64,000 bases of DNA from a virus (IMGVR_UViG_3300038530_003085:32001-96000); one strand, 5' to 3'; counted from the first letter of the stretch, positions 8,605-15,918 are shown. Notes: generated by a model from the sequence alone, not told the origin. Program-made: numbers and translations.

Positions 8605-8913
8605 TCAATCACTCTCTAACATCACCACTCCGGGGGGCGCGCTGCCTGAAACGACGCCCCCGTGCTTCGCTATGACTGTGGTGACAAGCCAAACTGGGAC
8701 ATACGGATAAACTGTGCCCGTTGGGTCTGTGTCATCCTCGCAATACTTCTCAATCAATGGCTCGACTCTGTTTGGGAACCCAATCTCGACTGATTCATAT
8801 ACCTCGGCCGTGTCCGACTGCGGGTAGCTGTAGGAATACGCACTCGCTTGAACGGACATACTAAAGCCGCTCTTGCAAACTATTCTTTGGTAGAATGGCC
8901 TTTCCCTACTCAC
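8605..8913 (-). CDS. conserved phage hypothetical protein
   Basis: CKSGFSMSVQAS...YESVEIGFP...TVYPYVP...KHGG. Confidence 0.7.
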   Translation of the reverse strand: MSRERPFYQRIVCKSGFSMSVQASAYSYSYPQSDTAEVYESVEIGFPNRVEPLIEKYCEDDTDPTGTVYPYVPVWLVTTVIAKHGGVVSGSAPPGVVMLESD

Positions 8914-8916
8914 AAA

Positions 8917-9150
8917 TCAATCCTCAACTAGTTCTAGAAACATCTCGTGAAACTTTAAAACTTTACCGCCGGCAAAAGCAACATTATAAAATGCAGTGTA
9001 TGAACGACTCTCATCGATTTCTTCAGGAACCGTCTCCATCACAAGGCCCAGCCTGTGGCTTGGGATTGCGACATCATGAGTTGAGTCCTTGACACGCACA
9101 AGGTTACCGGGCTTAAACTTTGACAAATCTAATATCTCGTTTCTCCTCAT
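8917..9150 (-). CDS. small SH3/KOW-like paralogue
   Basis: FKPGNLVRV...GLVME...YNVAF...FLELVE; start uncertain. Confidence 0.65.
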   Translation of the reverse strand: MRRNEILDLSKFKPGNLVRVKDSTHDVAIPSHRLGLVMETVPEEIDESRSYTAFYNVAFAGGKVLKFHEMFLELVED

Positions 9151-9159
9151 AAGTAGTCC

Positions 9160-9336
9160 CTAAACTCTAACAACCGAATGTGAAACATCATTAACGATGC
9201 TAGAGTAATGTATAACATTTTTTGCTCCATCATTCCAATGAATCGTAATGTAGCCTTTAGACTCCTCGATAACAACTCCCATCCTCTTGTCAAAGGATCT
9301 ATAAATAATCAAGTCTCCTACTTTAATAGTTTCCAT
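9160..9336 (-). CDS. small SH3/KOW-like paralogue
   Basis: IKVGDLIIY...GVVIE...IHWNDG. Confidence 0.7.
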   Translation of the reverse strand: METIKVGDLIIYRSFDKRMGVVIEESKGYITIHWNDGAKNVIHYSSIVNDVSHSVVRV

Positions 9337-9514
9337 CAATAATCTCAAGTACGCCCGTATCGTACCACTCCGTTTCCCCGTTTATAAAATGAACTTTAGC
9401 AGAAAAAGTAATGTGACCTGTTTTAGAAATCTCAAGAATAACACCAAGATTGACCTCCTCATCTGCATAAGGATGAGGTACAAACTTGTACCTTACGAGA
9501 TCACCCACCTTCAC
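9323..9514 (-). CDS. small SH3/KOW-like paralogue
   Basis: GGAGGT then GTG (M)KVGDLVRY...GVILEI...AKVHF...LEIID. Confidence 0.75.
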   Translation of the reverse strand: MKVGDLVRYKFVPHPYADEEVNLGVILEISKTGHITFSAKVHFINGETEWYDTGVLEIIDGNY

Positions 9515-9683
9515 TGATAACCTCCAACCAAGCTTTTGGCTCCCAATCAATCTTGCCGGAACCTCCTATCCATCGAACACCAACTAGTGCGGTTCGACCG
9601 TAGCCTCTCTTGTTAACACTCACAACCACACCGACAAAGCCAGTTTGGTGCGTGTGCATTCTTACAAGACTTCCAATCTTCAT
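9501..9683 (-). CDS. small SH3/KOW-like paralogue
   Basis: MKIGSLVRM...GVVVSV...VRW...WLEVISE. Confidence 0.75.
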   Translation of the reverse strand: MKIGSLVRMHTHQTGFVGVVVSVNKRGYGRTALVGVRWIGGSGKIDWEPKAWLEVISEGG

Positions 9684-9719
9684 ACAAATAACTTAACATT
9701 GATCAGAACAAAAAGCAAG

Positions 9720-9917
9720 TCAAGAGCCTGTGATAATTATAACATCATCGACTCTTTCATTAATTAAGCACTTATGTCCGTTGATCCAGACGATCCAAAT
9801 TTCCTCATCCCTCTCAAAACCTTTGCTAATGTAAGAATCAATAATAATACCCGGATTTGACCAATCATCATCCCCGAAAGACTTGGGCTTAAAAGAAATC
9901 AAATCACCTACTTTCAC
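9720..9917 (-). CDS. small SH3/KOW-like paralogue
   Basis: MKVGDLISF...PGIIID...IVWING. Confidence 0.7.
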   Translation of the reverse strand: MKVGDLISFKPKSFGDDDWSNPGIIIDSYISKGFERDEEIWIVWINGHKCLINERVDDVIIITGS

Positions 9918-10119
9918 TTATGACCTCAATTAAATCTATTTCAGGCATAAGAATGTGCTCCTTCATATCATCAAAACAATACATTTTAAGCACCGAAGTT
10001 CTGTCATCGGAAGGAACTTCAACAATCACGCCGATGAACGGATCACCCCATCCCTCAATCGATTGATCGTATGGGTTCTTCATAGCATATTGCAGCTTAA
10101 TCAGATCCCCTACTTTTAT
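9904..10119 (-). CDS. small SH3/KOW-like paralogue with ATA at the expected start (or pseudogene)
   Basis: Open frame IKVGDLIKL...GVIVEV...LIEVISESR; no in-frame ATG/GTG/TTG upstream of the motif. Confidence 0.55.
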   Translation of the reverse strand: MKVGDLIKLQYAMKNPYDQSIEGWGDPFIGVIVEVPSDDRTSVLKMYCFDDMKEHILMPEIDLIEVISESR

Positions 10120-10267
10120 TGATAATATCGTAATCGAAACTCTCCATAATTCTGTCTTGTTTGATAAGTTTACGAGACAGATTGATAATTTGTGACCTAT
10201 GAAACTTGATCATACGATGGTGAGATTCAATACATTCCTTAATCATATTTTCCTGTTGTTCAGTCAT
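10097..10267 (-). CDS. hypothetical protein (56 aa)
   Basis: Hand translation MTEQQENMIKECIESHHRMIKFHR...; fills the gap. Confidence 0.55.
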   Translation of the reverse strand: MTEQQENMIKECIESHHRMIKFHRSQIINLSRKLIKQDRIMESFDYDIINKSRGSD

Positions 10268-10499
10268 TTAATTCTTTTTGATCCTCCAAATTACACACAA
10301 TAACGGTATCTGAGTCTTCATGAATCTTAATCACATAAAACTTTTGCCCTTCCGTAATTTCACAAGGAAATGCGTTAATTGGCATCACTGCTTGTGCTGG
10401 TCCGCCATTTAAGGCAGGATTTGCACTAAGCTCAACGGAGGCAAAATGTGAATCAAAAGAGTCAATAACACCCACAAGCACAAAAGTTTTTAAAATCAT
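10260..10499 (-). CDS. DUF3006-like small protein
   Basis: VIDSFDSHFASVEL...FPCEITEG pattern. Confidence 0.5.
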   Translation of the reverse strand: MILKTFVLVGVIDSFDSHFASVELSANPALNGGPAQAVMPINAFPCEITEGQKFYVIKIHEDSDTVIVCNLEDQKELND

Positions 10500-10503
10500 A
10501 ATA

Positions 10504-10725
10504 TTAGTCCTCCATATCTTCGTATATTTTTAAGTAAGACGCCCACTCTTCAGTGATTATACCAGTGTGCCAACGTATTTTAAATCGTGGGGTATGTGAA
10601 TATGAGTGCTCAATGGCCTCCACAATAATCCCCGGTGGTCTGCGCTGACCTAAGCCTCTATATCTTTCCCACTTAAAAAGTGCTGACGGCTCAGGCACAT
10701 ATGTAACCAGATCACCGACTTTCAT
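10504..10725 (-). CDS. small SH3/KOW-like paralogue
   Basis: MKVGDLVTY...PGIIVE...FKIRW...YLKIYE. Confidence 0.75.
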   Translation of the reverse strand: MKVGDLVTYVPEPSALFKWERYRGLGQRRPPGIIVEAIEHSYSHTPRFKIRWHTGIITEEWASYLKIYEDMED

Positions 10726-10898
10726 TTTAGCACATCATTGATTCTATCTTTCAAGCGCTGATCTTGGGTTTCATTAGCGATTTCTGCAAGAAAATCTTCA
10801 AGTTGAGACAGGCGTTTTTGTTGCTCGTGCAATGGATTAACAACAGAAATACCTTTATCCTCTAACTTGGAGTGGTAATAAGAATCATGATATGACAT
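10722..10898 (-). CDS. hypothetical protein (58 aa)
   Basis: MSYHDSYYHSKLEDK...INDVLK; GAGG RBS; ATGA-coupled to the next gene. Confidence 0.6.
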   Translation of the reverse strand: MSYHDSYYHSKLEDKGISVVNPLHEQQKRLSQLEDFLAEIANETQDQRLKDRINDVLK

Positions 10899-10938
10899 TG
10901 CAAGCCTCGATTATAAATAGTTAGTAAATTACATAAAG

Positions 10939-11014
10939 TGGTACGGGTGGCAGGATTTGAACCTGCGACCAATCGCATATAAGACGACTGCTCTTACCGC
11001 TGAGCTACACCCGC
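10939..11014 (-). tRNA. tRNA-Ile(UAU)
   Basis: GCGGGTG acceptor, anticodon arm GTCGT-CT TAT AT-GCGAT, GGTTCAAATCC T-arm, encoded CCA. Confidence 0.9.
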
Positions 11015-11021
11015 AAAGAAA

Positions 11022-11098
11022 TGGCACACCCTGTAGGGCTCGAACCTACGACCCTCGGCTTAGAAGGCCGATGCTCTATCCAACTGAGCTAAGGGTGC
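11022..11098 (-). tRNA. tRNA-Arg(UCU)
   Basis: Anticodon arm TCGGC-CT TCT AA-GCCGA, GGTTCGAGCCC, CCA end. Confidence 0.95.
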
Positions 11099-11107
11099 TT
11101 AATACCT

Positions 11108-11521
11108 CTATAGCATAACTTTTGCTTGCTTCTTTGTCAAGTACTTTTCAGACAAAAGTGAATACTTTACGAAAGGTGAAATATTCTCGTATTGAAAAGA
11201 CATTTCATCCTCCATTTCAATGCGATCATCAAAACGAAACCCAACAACAAACACTTTACCAATCGATTCACTTTCGGGGTCAGTGACAGCCCAAAAAGTG
11301 TGCTTCATCCCACGCTCCCTGTGCATACAGGTAACTTTAGTATTCTTTGGAAGATGATCGAGATGCCACAAGTGTGACATTTTGCCATCACGATCTCGCC
11401 AGTAATGTGGAATCGTGTAAGCTTTGTCCATTGTTTCAAACTTTGCAAGGTTAACAAAAGGAAGATGTGAGTCATCCCTAAGAAATGCAACGGTGCCTTT
11501 GCGTACTTTAGCTTGCTTCAT
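11108..11521 (-). CDS. hypothetical protein
   Basis: GGAGGAG RBS favours start MKQAKV. Confidence 0.7.
   Translation of the reverse strand: MKQAKVRKGTVAFLRDDSHLPFVNLAKFETMDKAYTIPHYWRDRDGKMSHLWHLDHLPKNTKVTCMHRERGMKHTFWAVTDPESESIGKVFVVGFRFDDRIEMEDEMSFQYENISPFVKYSLLSEKYLTKKQAKVML
11112..11140 (-). promoter_or_regulatory. sigma70-type promoter for tRNA-Arg/tRNA-Ile
   Basis: TTGACA-N17-TATGCT just upstream of tRNA-Arg. Confidence 0.6.
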
Positions 11522-11714
11522 TGCCAGACTCCTCCGGTGAAATACAATCCTCAAAGTAAACAACAATATTGCCCGGGCAGATTGCTAGTGGCTCTTGCCC
11601 CTCCTCGGCGTGATTATTAATATAATCATACCAAGCATCATTCTTATCGTGTGAGGAAACAAAAGTATAACTTCCATTCCCACTCTGACTGCTATAAATA
11701 ATTGTGTAGATCAT
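11508..11714 (-). CDS. hypothetical protein
   Basis: ORF track, GGAGG RBS. Confidence 0.65.
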   Translation of the reverse strand: MIYTIIYSSQSGNGSYTFVSSHDKNDAWYDYINNHAEEGQEPLAICPGNIVVYFEDCISPEESGNEAS

Positions 11715-11987
11715 TTAATCCTCCGTAATAAGTCTACCTGCTGAATCTCTACCCTCAAGTTCCCACTGTAATTTTTTTAGCTCTGCAAGCCTTAAACAAG
11801 AATTCCATACTTTGGTTGCATAAACGAGGCAGTCACTATTCTGACTGTAGAATGCATCTAGTTTATCATTCTTGACTTTACTTTGCAACTCTTTGGTAGC
11901 ATCTTCTAAAGATTTGAGATTCATTTCTAAAGTCTTTAAACAAAGATTTTGTGCTTGCCACAGTTTATTTGTTTTGAATATATCCAC
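11715..11987 (-). CDS. hypothetical protein
   Basis: ORF track, tight packing. Confidence 0.6.
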   Translation of the reverse strand: MDIFKTNKLWQAQNLCLKTLEMNLKSLEDATKELQSKVKNDKLDAFYSQNSDCLVYATKVWNSCLRLAELKKLQWELEGRDSAGRLITED

Positions 11988-12117
11988 TTGTTTCTTCGCT
12001 TACTTTTTTAGTTGAGCCCAACTTAAAGATAAACCACCGTAAGCCGACAACAAAAAAAGTTGCCGTGCTTACAAATGATGCCATCCCCAAGAACTCATAA
12101 AGGTTGCCTGTCATATT

Positions 12118-12303
12118 CTACTCCCGATAGTAATTTGCCAAGCCCATAAGTGTTGGGGCCCAAAGACCGACAAAGATTCCAAACCTTTCAGCGTGTGCCG
12201 GATCTGCACTTGATGCAACCCAGACATAAATGCTGCAGGCGACGGAAATCAGAGAGGCTGCAAAGAATGCCACAGCCACATTATTGTCTCTTGTAGTTAA
12301 CAT
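12118..12303 (-). CDS. small two-helix membrane protein
   Basis: Hydrophobic; ERFGIFVGLWAPTLMGL motif; GGGAG RBS. Confidence 0.7.
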   Translation of the reverse strand: MLTTRDNNVAVAFFAASLISVACSIYVWVASSADPAHAERFGIFVGLWAPTLMGLANYYRE

Positions 12304-12328
12304 ATTTTCTCCCTTTTGTTATGTTAAA

Positions 12329-12405
12329 TGGTGGGCCCTGTCGGACTCGAACCGACGACTCTCCCGTTATGAGCGGGATGCTCTAACCAACTGAACTAAA
12401 GGCCC
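12329..12405 (-). tRNA. tRNA with CAU anticodon, Ile2-like (elongator Met not excluded)
   Basis: GGGCCTT acceptor, CCCG-CT CAT AA-CGGG, GGTTCGAGTCC, ACCA; overall resemblance to bacterial tRNA-Ile2. Confidence 0.85.
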
Positions 12406-12407
12406 AA

Positions 12408-12560
12408 AAGTGCCCTTGCCTATCCTCCATCCGTCGAACAATCATGATAGCTGCAGCTATTAATCTCTTCAACCAGACTTCTGAACTTCTCGCAAGGGTG
12501 TGGTGATCAATGTGCATCCAGCTTGCTTAACGGACTTGAACCGATTTGTGATTCCACAGT
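12408..12560 (-). ncRNA. candidate structured RNA between tRNA-Leu and tRNA-CAU
   Basis: TGTGG..CCACA stem enclosing T-arm-like CGG-TTCAAGT-CCG; CCCTTGC..GCAAGGG stem enclosing palindrome ATAGCTGCAGCTAT. Confidence 0.4.
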
Positions 12561-12571
12561 AAAATAAAAGA

Positions 12572-12657
12572 TGGTAGCTGATGCGAGACTCGAACTCGCA
12601 AGCCCAAAGGGCGACAGATTTTAAGTCTGTTGTGTATACCAATTCCACCAATCAGCC
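12572..12657 (-). tRNA. tRNA-Leu(UAA)
   Basis: ACAGA-CT TAA AA-TCTGT, long variable arm GCCCTTTGGGC, GTTCGAGTC, ACCA. Confidence 0.95.
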
Positions 12658-12665
12658 ATAAATAA

Positions 12666-12694
12666 ATTATAATAGGTTAGCGACACGCTGTCAA
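12666..12694 (-). promoter_or_regulatory. sigma70-type promoter for tRNA-Leu cluster
   Basis: TTGACA-N17-TATAAT ending 8 nt before the tRNA. Confidence 0.85.
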
Positions 12695-12701
12695 GTAGTT
12701 T

Positions 12702-12938
12702 TTATAATTTTATTAGTTCGGATTCAATAAAATATCGTTTTGTTCCGTCAAGACATAAAACAGTGTAGACATAATCTTGAAAGTATTCCATTTCATAGTC
12801 GATATCAATGATGACACCAGTGTGGGTTGTAGTAAAATAATCATCAGGATCATCGTGCCAATAATAATATTCAATAATATCATAAAAGCCCTTAACGAGA
12901 TTGCCTATCTTATATTTTGGTGGTATATCAAATCCCAT
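12702..12938 (-). CDS. small SH3/KOW-like paralogue (acidic)
   Basis: YKIGNLVKG...GVIIDI...YTVLCLDG...ESELIKL. Confidence 0.7.
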   Translation of the reverse strand: MGFDIPPKYKIGNLVKGFYDIIEYYYWHDDPDDYFTTTHTGVIIDIDYEMEYFQDYVYTVLCLDGTKRYFIESELIKL

Positions 12939-12959
12939 ACATTATTTAGTATGAGCCAC

Positions 12960-13586
12960 CTACTTTCTTTTTAACTTAATAAACCGCTCTTCAATAATCA
13001 CCGGGATTGTGCTACCGATCGGTAGAATCTTATACATTTTTGCACCCTTGGCAGCAGAACGAATAACATCTAGCACTCGAATGATAAGGCCACCTTTGGC
13101 GCGAAAAGCCTTAACAGCTTGATCTTGGCTACTCCAAGTTGTGGGTGCCGAAATGCCAATATTCTTTGCATAACAGTTCGCGCGAGCAGCCACAAGAGTG
13201 CCGGCAGGATATTTAGGTTCAGCGTGGTGTGTATCTAAAACTCTCTGAGCATACTTATTACTACGCATTTTCGTATATGCCCGCATATCAGGCACCAAGC
13301 CTTTGAGAATATCGCGAGTTAACTCAGAAAAGTAGCCGGTGGTGTTATAATACTGCGCAAGCACAAGTGCATCCGACTTATGCTCTTTAATGTATACGCT
13401 CTCCCACTCATCGTGAAGGGATTGAGCCTCCTCGCCGTTACGAAGGATAACTTTGGTAGCAGTCGTAACTTGTTTCTCTGAGAGTGTACGACCCTTCTCA
13501 AGCTGACCTAAAATCGATTCAAGAAATCCACGGTCCCACCCTGTACATACTGGACGACTAAGAGCCATTTCAATTTCTTCTTTCAT
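12960..13586 (-). CDS. hypothetical protein with C-terminal SH3/KOW-like domain
   Basis: N-terminal WDRGFLESI...LSEKQ; C-terminal KYPAGTLV...GLII...YKIL...IEERFIK. Confidence 0.7.
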   Translation of the reverse strand: MKEEIEMALSRPVCTGWDRGFLESILGQLEKGRTLSEKQVTTATKVILRNGEEAQSLHDEWESVYIKEHKSDALVLAQYYNTTGYFSELTRDILKGLVPDMRAYTKMRSNKYAQRVLDTHHAEPKYPAGTLVAARANCYAKNIGISAPTTWSSQDQAVKAFRAKGGLIIRVLDVIRSAAKGAKMYKILPIGSTIPVIIEERFIKLKRK

Positions 13587-13604
13587 GTTCCCTCCAACAC
13601 TTAT

Positions 13605-13658
13605 AATATATAGGATACATACTAGAAGGTCAAGAATTATTTGTCAGCTAAATGTCAG
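13605..13658 (-). promoter_or_regulatory. composite promoter module G
   Basis: CTGACATTTAGCTGACA-N8-TTGACC-N17-TATATT. Confidence 0.8.
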
Positions 13659-13963
13659 TAATCATCAACTTCAGGGGACAGTACGATTGCGTCGATGTAT
13701 CCGTGTGGAACTTTAACAACTTGACATCGCCAACCACCCCATTTAGGGATTACATCAAATAGTGGAAAGTCGGGACACTGTGTGATTATGGTCTCACTCG
13801 GAACATCAACCTCAACAATTACCTCAAGAACAGAACCCCCATCATCAGAACCAGCGACAACTTCGTACCTACCACCGTAGTAATTGGATATTTCAAGTGT
13901 CAGGGAGTTGATAGCATTTTGTTTTGATAATTTTTCGCCATCATTAAAAAATATATTAGCCAT
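13655..13963 (-). CDS. hypothetical protein
   Basis: Start MANIFF, coupled to the upstream ORF. Confidence 0.65.
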   Translation of the reverse strand: MANIFFNDGEKLSKQNAINSLTLEISNYYGGRYEVVAGSDDGGSVLEVIVEVDVPSETIITQCPDFPLFDVIPKWGGWRCQVVKVPHGYIDAIVLSPEVDDY

Positions 13964-14195
13964 CTTTTCTCTCACTGATAACTTCAACGAAATCATAATT
14001 CGTATCTAAAATAACTAGCTTTGAATCCTTACAATCGAAACAGTGGGCAATAATAGCAGTGCTTTTTTTGCGTGATATATCCAAAACTATACCATATCTG
14101 TATATCGGCGAGATCCCCACAACATCAGTTGGTGAAGCTTTAAAAGTGTCGTGATGTGAAACCCACTTAATGAGGTCACCATTTTTTACCCGCAT
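13956..14195 (-). CDS. small SH3/KOW-like paralogue
   Basis: VKNGDLIKW...YGIVLDI...FVEVISE. Confidence 0.7.
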   Translation of the reverse strand: MRVKNGDLIKWVSHHDTFKASPTDVVGISPIYRYGIVLDISRKKSTAIIAHCFDCKDSKLVILDTNYDFVEVISERKDG

Positions 14196-14206
14196 ATAGT
14201 AACTAT

Positions 14207-14470
14207 TTATTCTTTAATATTTGTCTTTAAAATGGTAACTTTTGATCTAGCAGAAAAGTAATTTACTTTTATGTCAAGCTCGCCTTTAAATATGTTTCTT
14301 AGTATTGTAACAGTTGGCTTAATTGATGAGTCATCAAGTCTAATAAAAACCCCAGAATTGCCCGTATTGCACAGTTTAAGCGCATCGCGGTGCGCGGCCT
14401 TAATTGACGAGTAAACGCCATACAGGCTATCATTATCGTCAAATAAACAATATATATTAATCTTTGTCAT
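14207..14470 (-). CDS. hypothetical protein
   Basis: ORF track, tight packing. Confidence 0.65.
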   Translation of the reverse strand: MTKINIYCLFDDNDSLYGVYSSIKAAHRDALKLCNTGNSGVFIRLDDSSIKPTVTILRNIFKGELDIKVNYFSARSKVTILKTNIKE

Positions 14471-14728
14471 TCAATTATTCTCTGAGAAAGGCAAATCAAT
14501 TAGATCAGTAATTTGGCAGGCATGTTCAATAAAGCAAATCTGCTCTTCAAGTTCTTTAATTAAGTCGGGGTCATCATTATTTTTAGCAATCTGCAATTGT
14601 ACAACAAGCTCTTGATGTTGCATCATAGTTTCATAGTATAGTTGAGAGAAGTACAGCGATGTGCCAAAATCATCAACCCTTTTTAGGACATCTGCGAAGG
14701 GCCCGCAGGAAAAACCAGTACTTTTCAT
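14471..14728 (-). CDS. hypothetical protein
   Basis: AAGGAG RBS. Confidence 0.65.
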   Translation of the reverse strand: MKSTGFSCGPFADVLKRVDDFGTSLYFSQLYYETMMQHQELVVQLQIAKNNDDPDLIKELEEQICFIEHACQITDLIDLPFSENN

Positions 14729-14749
14729 AACTAAACTCCTTTTAATTGT

Positions 14750-14986
14750 TTAACCACCACACCCCTTGCATCTTGAGCGGTAGTGTTCTTTGTGTTCATT
14801 TGGATCCATATCAATCTTTTTGAAATTATTAATTTTATCTTCAATATATCGGCCTTGTCCAAAGGCTCGAATCATATCATTGCTGCGGTTGAACGCCCCA
14901 CATAAAACAATTATTTGGCTGGGCTCATAAAGCAAATATTCGCCGGGGAAGACTTTACTACTCTCGTCAATACTAACAAACTTCAT
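14750..14986 (-). CDS. hypothetical protein
   Basis: Coupled to NTase gene; ends CKGCGG. Confidence 0.65.
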   Translation of the reverse strand: MKFVSIDESSKVFPGEYLLYEPSQIIVLCGAFNRSNDMIRAFGQGRYIEDKINNFKKIDMDPNEHKEHYRSRCKGCGG

Positions 14987-15906
14987 TATTGATCCTTAAT
15001 AGTCATTTTATCATCATACGCTTTCTTTTTTAAATCATTCAAATAGCCGAGCGTGTCATTTCTTCTCAGTATTTTGAACGCAATATTTTCAACTGAGAAT
15101 TCCTGCTTAGGGCTTTCAAGTCCAGCACGACGCATATTCCTAATCTTCTCTTTTAGTCTATCGATATTTTTCAAAGCTGTGTTATATTTTTTAGCTGTGA
15201 TTAGGTTAGCAACTATATTAACTTGAAATTCAATATCTTGTGCTTTCATTTTGGCAGAAGGGAAATCAATACTGCTTCTGTATTTTTTTGGTCGTTTAAT
15301 CCAATCACCTTTTAAAAGAGAATAAACCCCGGATGACTTGTGCGATTCACCTTCATTTTCAACATATATCTCAACGTCATACCCCTTCATTGTAATATCA
15401 TGGTCATTATTCCACTTCATACGCGCATTGTCAAAAAATGATTTAACAAGATCTATATTTTCATCAACTTCTAAAAAATCAACAATAATATGTAAATCAA
15501 CATCAGAGTAGTTTGACCAATTGTAGTTAGCAAGTGAACCAGTCAAAGTAATGTCTTTAACGTTAACATCGATGGGCAGCCCATCAATAAAATTCAGTGC
15601 TATTTGAATTAATCTCTCGCGAATACGGGGGTTGATTTCTTCACCATCCCATATTTCAGGCTCAAGTGTTTCATTTGTATCGAAAGATGATGCTTCAACT
15701 TCCTCGCCCAATGCTCCAAAGCCCGGAGGCGCAGACTTTGATCTAGTGTCGGGCGGTTCTTCATCAAATGGTGCACCGCCTTGTCGTTGTGGGCCAGTCT
15801 GGGTGTACTTATTTCGGCCTTTCACATAGCCCTTGCGGACTTTCTTTTGATATGCTTCCACTTCGTGAATTGAGTCTACGAAGTCCTTCCAATTTGTTCC
15901 ATTCAT
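14986..15906 (-). CDS. Pol-beta-superfamily nucleotidyltransferase
   Basis: LTGSLANYNWSNYSDVDLHII (hGS...DxD) and later DVEIYVE. Confidence 0.8.
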   Translation of the reverse strand: MNGTNWKDFVDSIHEVEAYQKKVRKGYVKGRNKYTQTGPQRQGGAPFDEEPPDTRSKSAPPGFGALGEEVEASSFDTNETLEPEIWDGEEINPRIRERLIQIALNFIDGLPIDVNVKDITLTGSLANYNWSNYSDVDLHIIVDFLEVDENIDLVKSFFDNARMKWNNDHDITMKGYDVEIYVENEGESHKSSGVYSLLKGDWIKRPKKYRSSIDFPSAKMKAQDIEFQVNIVANLITAKKYNTALKNIDRLKEKIRNMRRAGLESPKQEFSVENIAFKILRRNDTLGYLNDLKKKAYDDKMTIKDQ

Positions 15907-15918
15907 ACTATAATTAGT

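Noticed and set aside
12469-12651. 60-aa ORF from the track
   Set aside because: Overlaps tRNA-Leu on the same strand; it is a translation of the RNA gene.
223-13658. CRISPR array or integron attC sites
   Set aside because: The repeats are short, degenerate and hundreds to thousands of bases apart, with no palindromic attC structure; no cas or integrase gene in the window.
223-13658. Canonical Pho boxes
   Set aside because: The 11-bp TGTCA periodicity is similar, but it lies antisense to transcription and upstream of an intact -35, and no phosphate-acquisition genes follow. A host OmpR-family regulator is not excluded.
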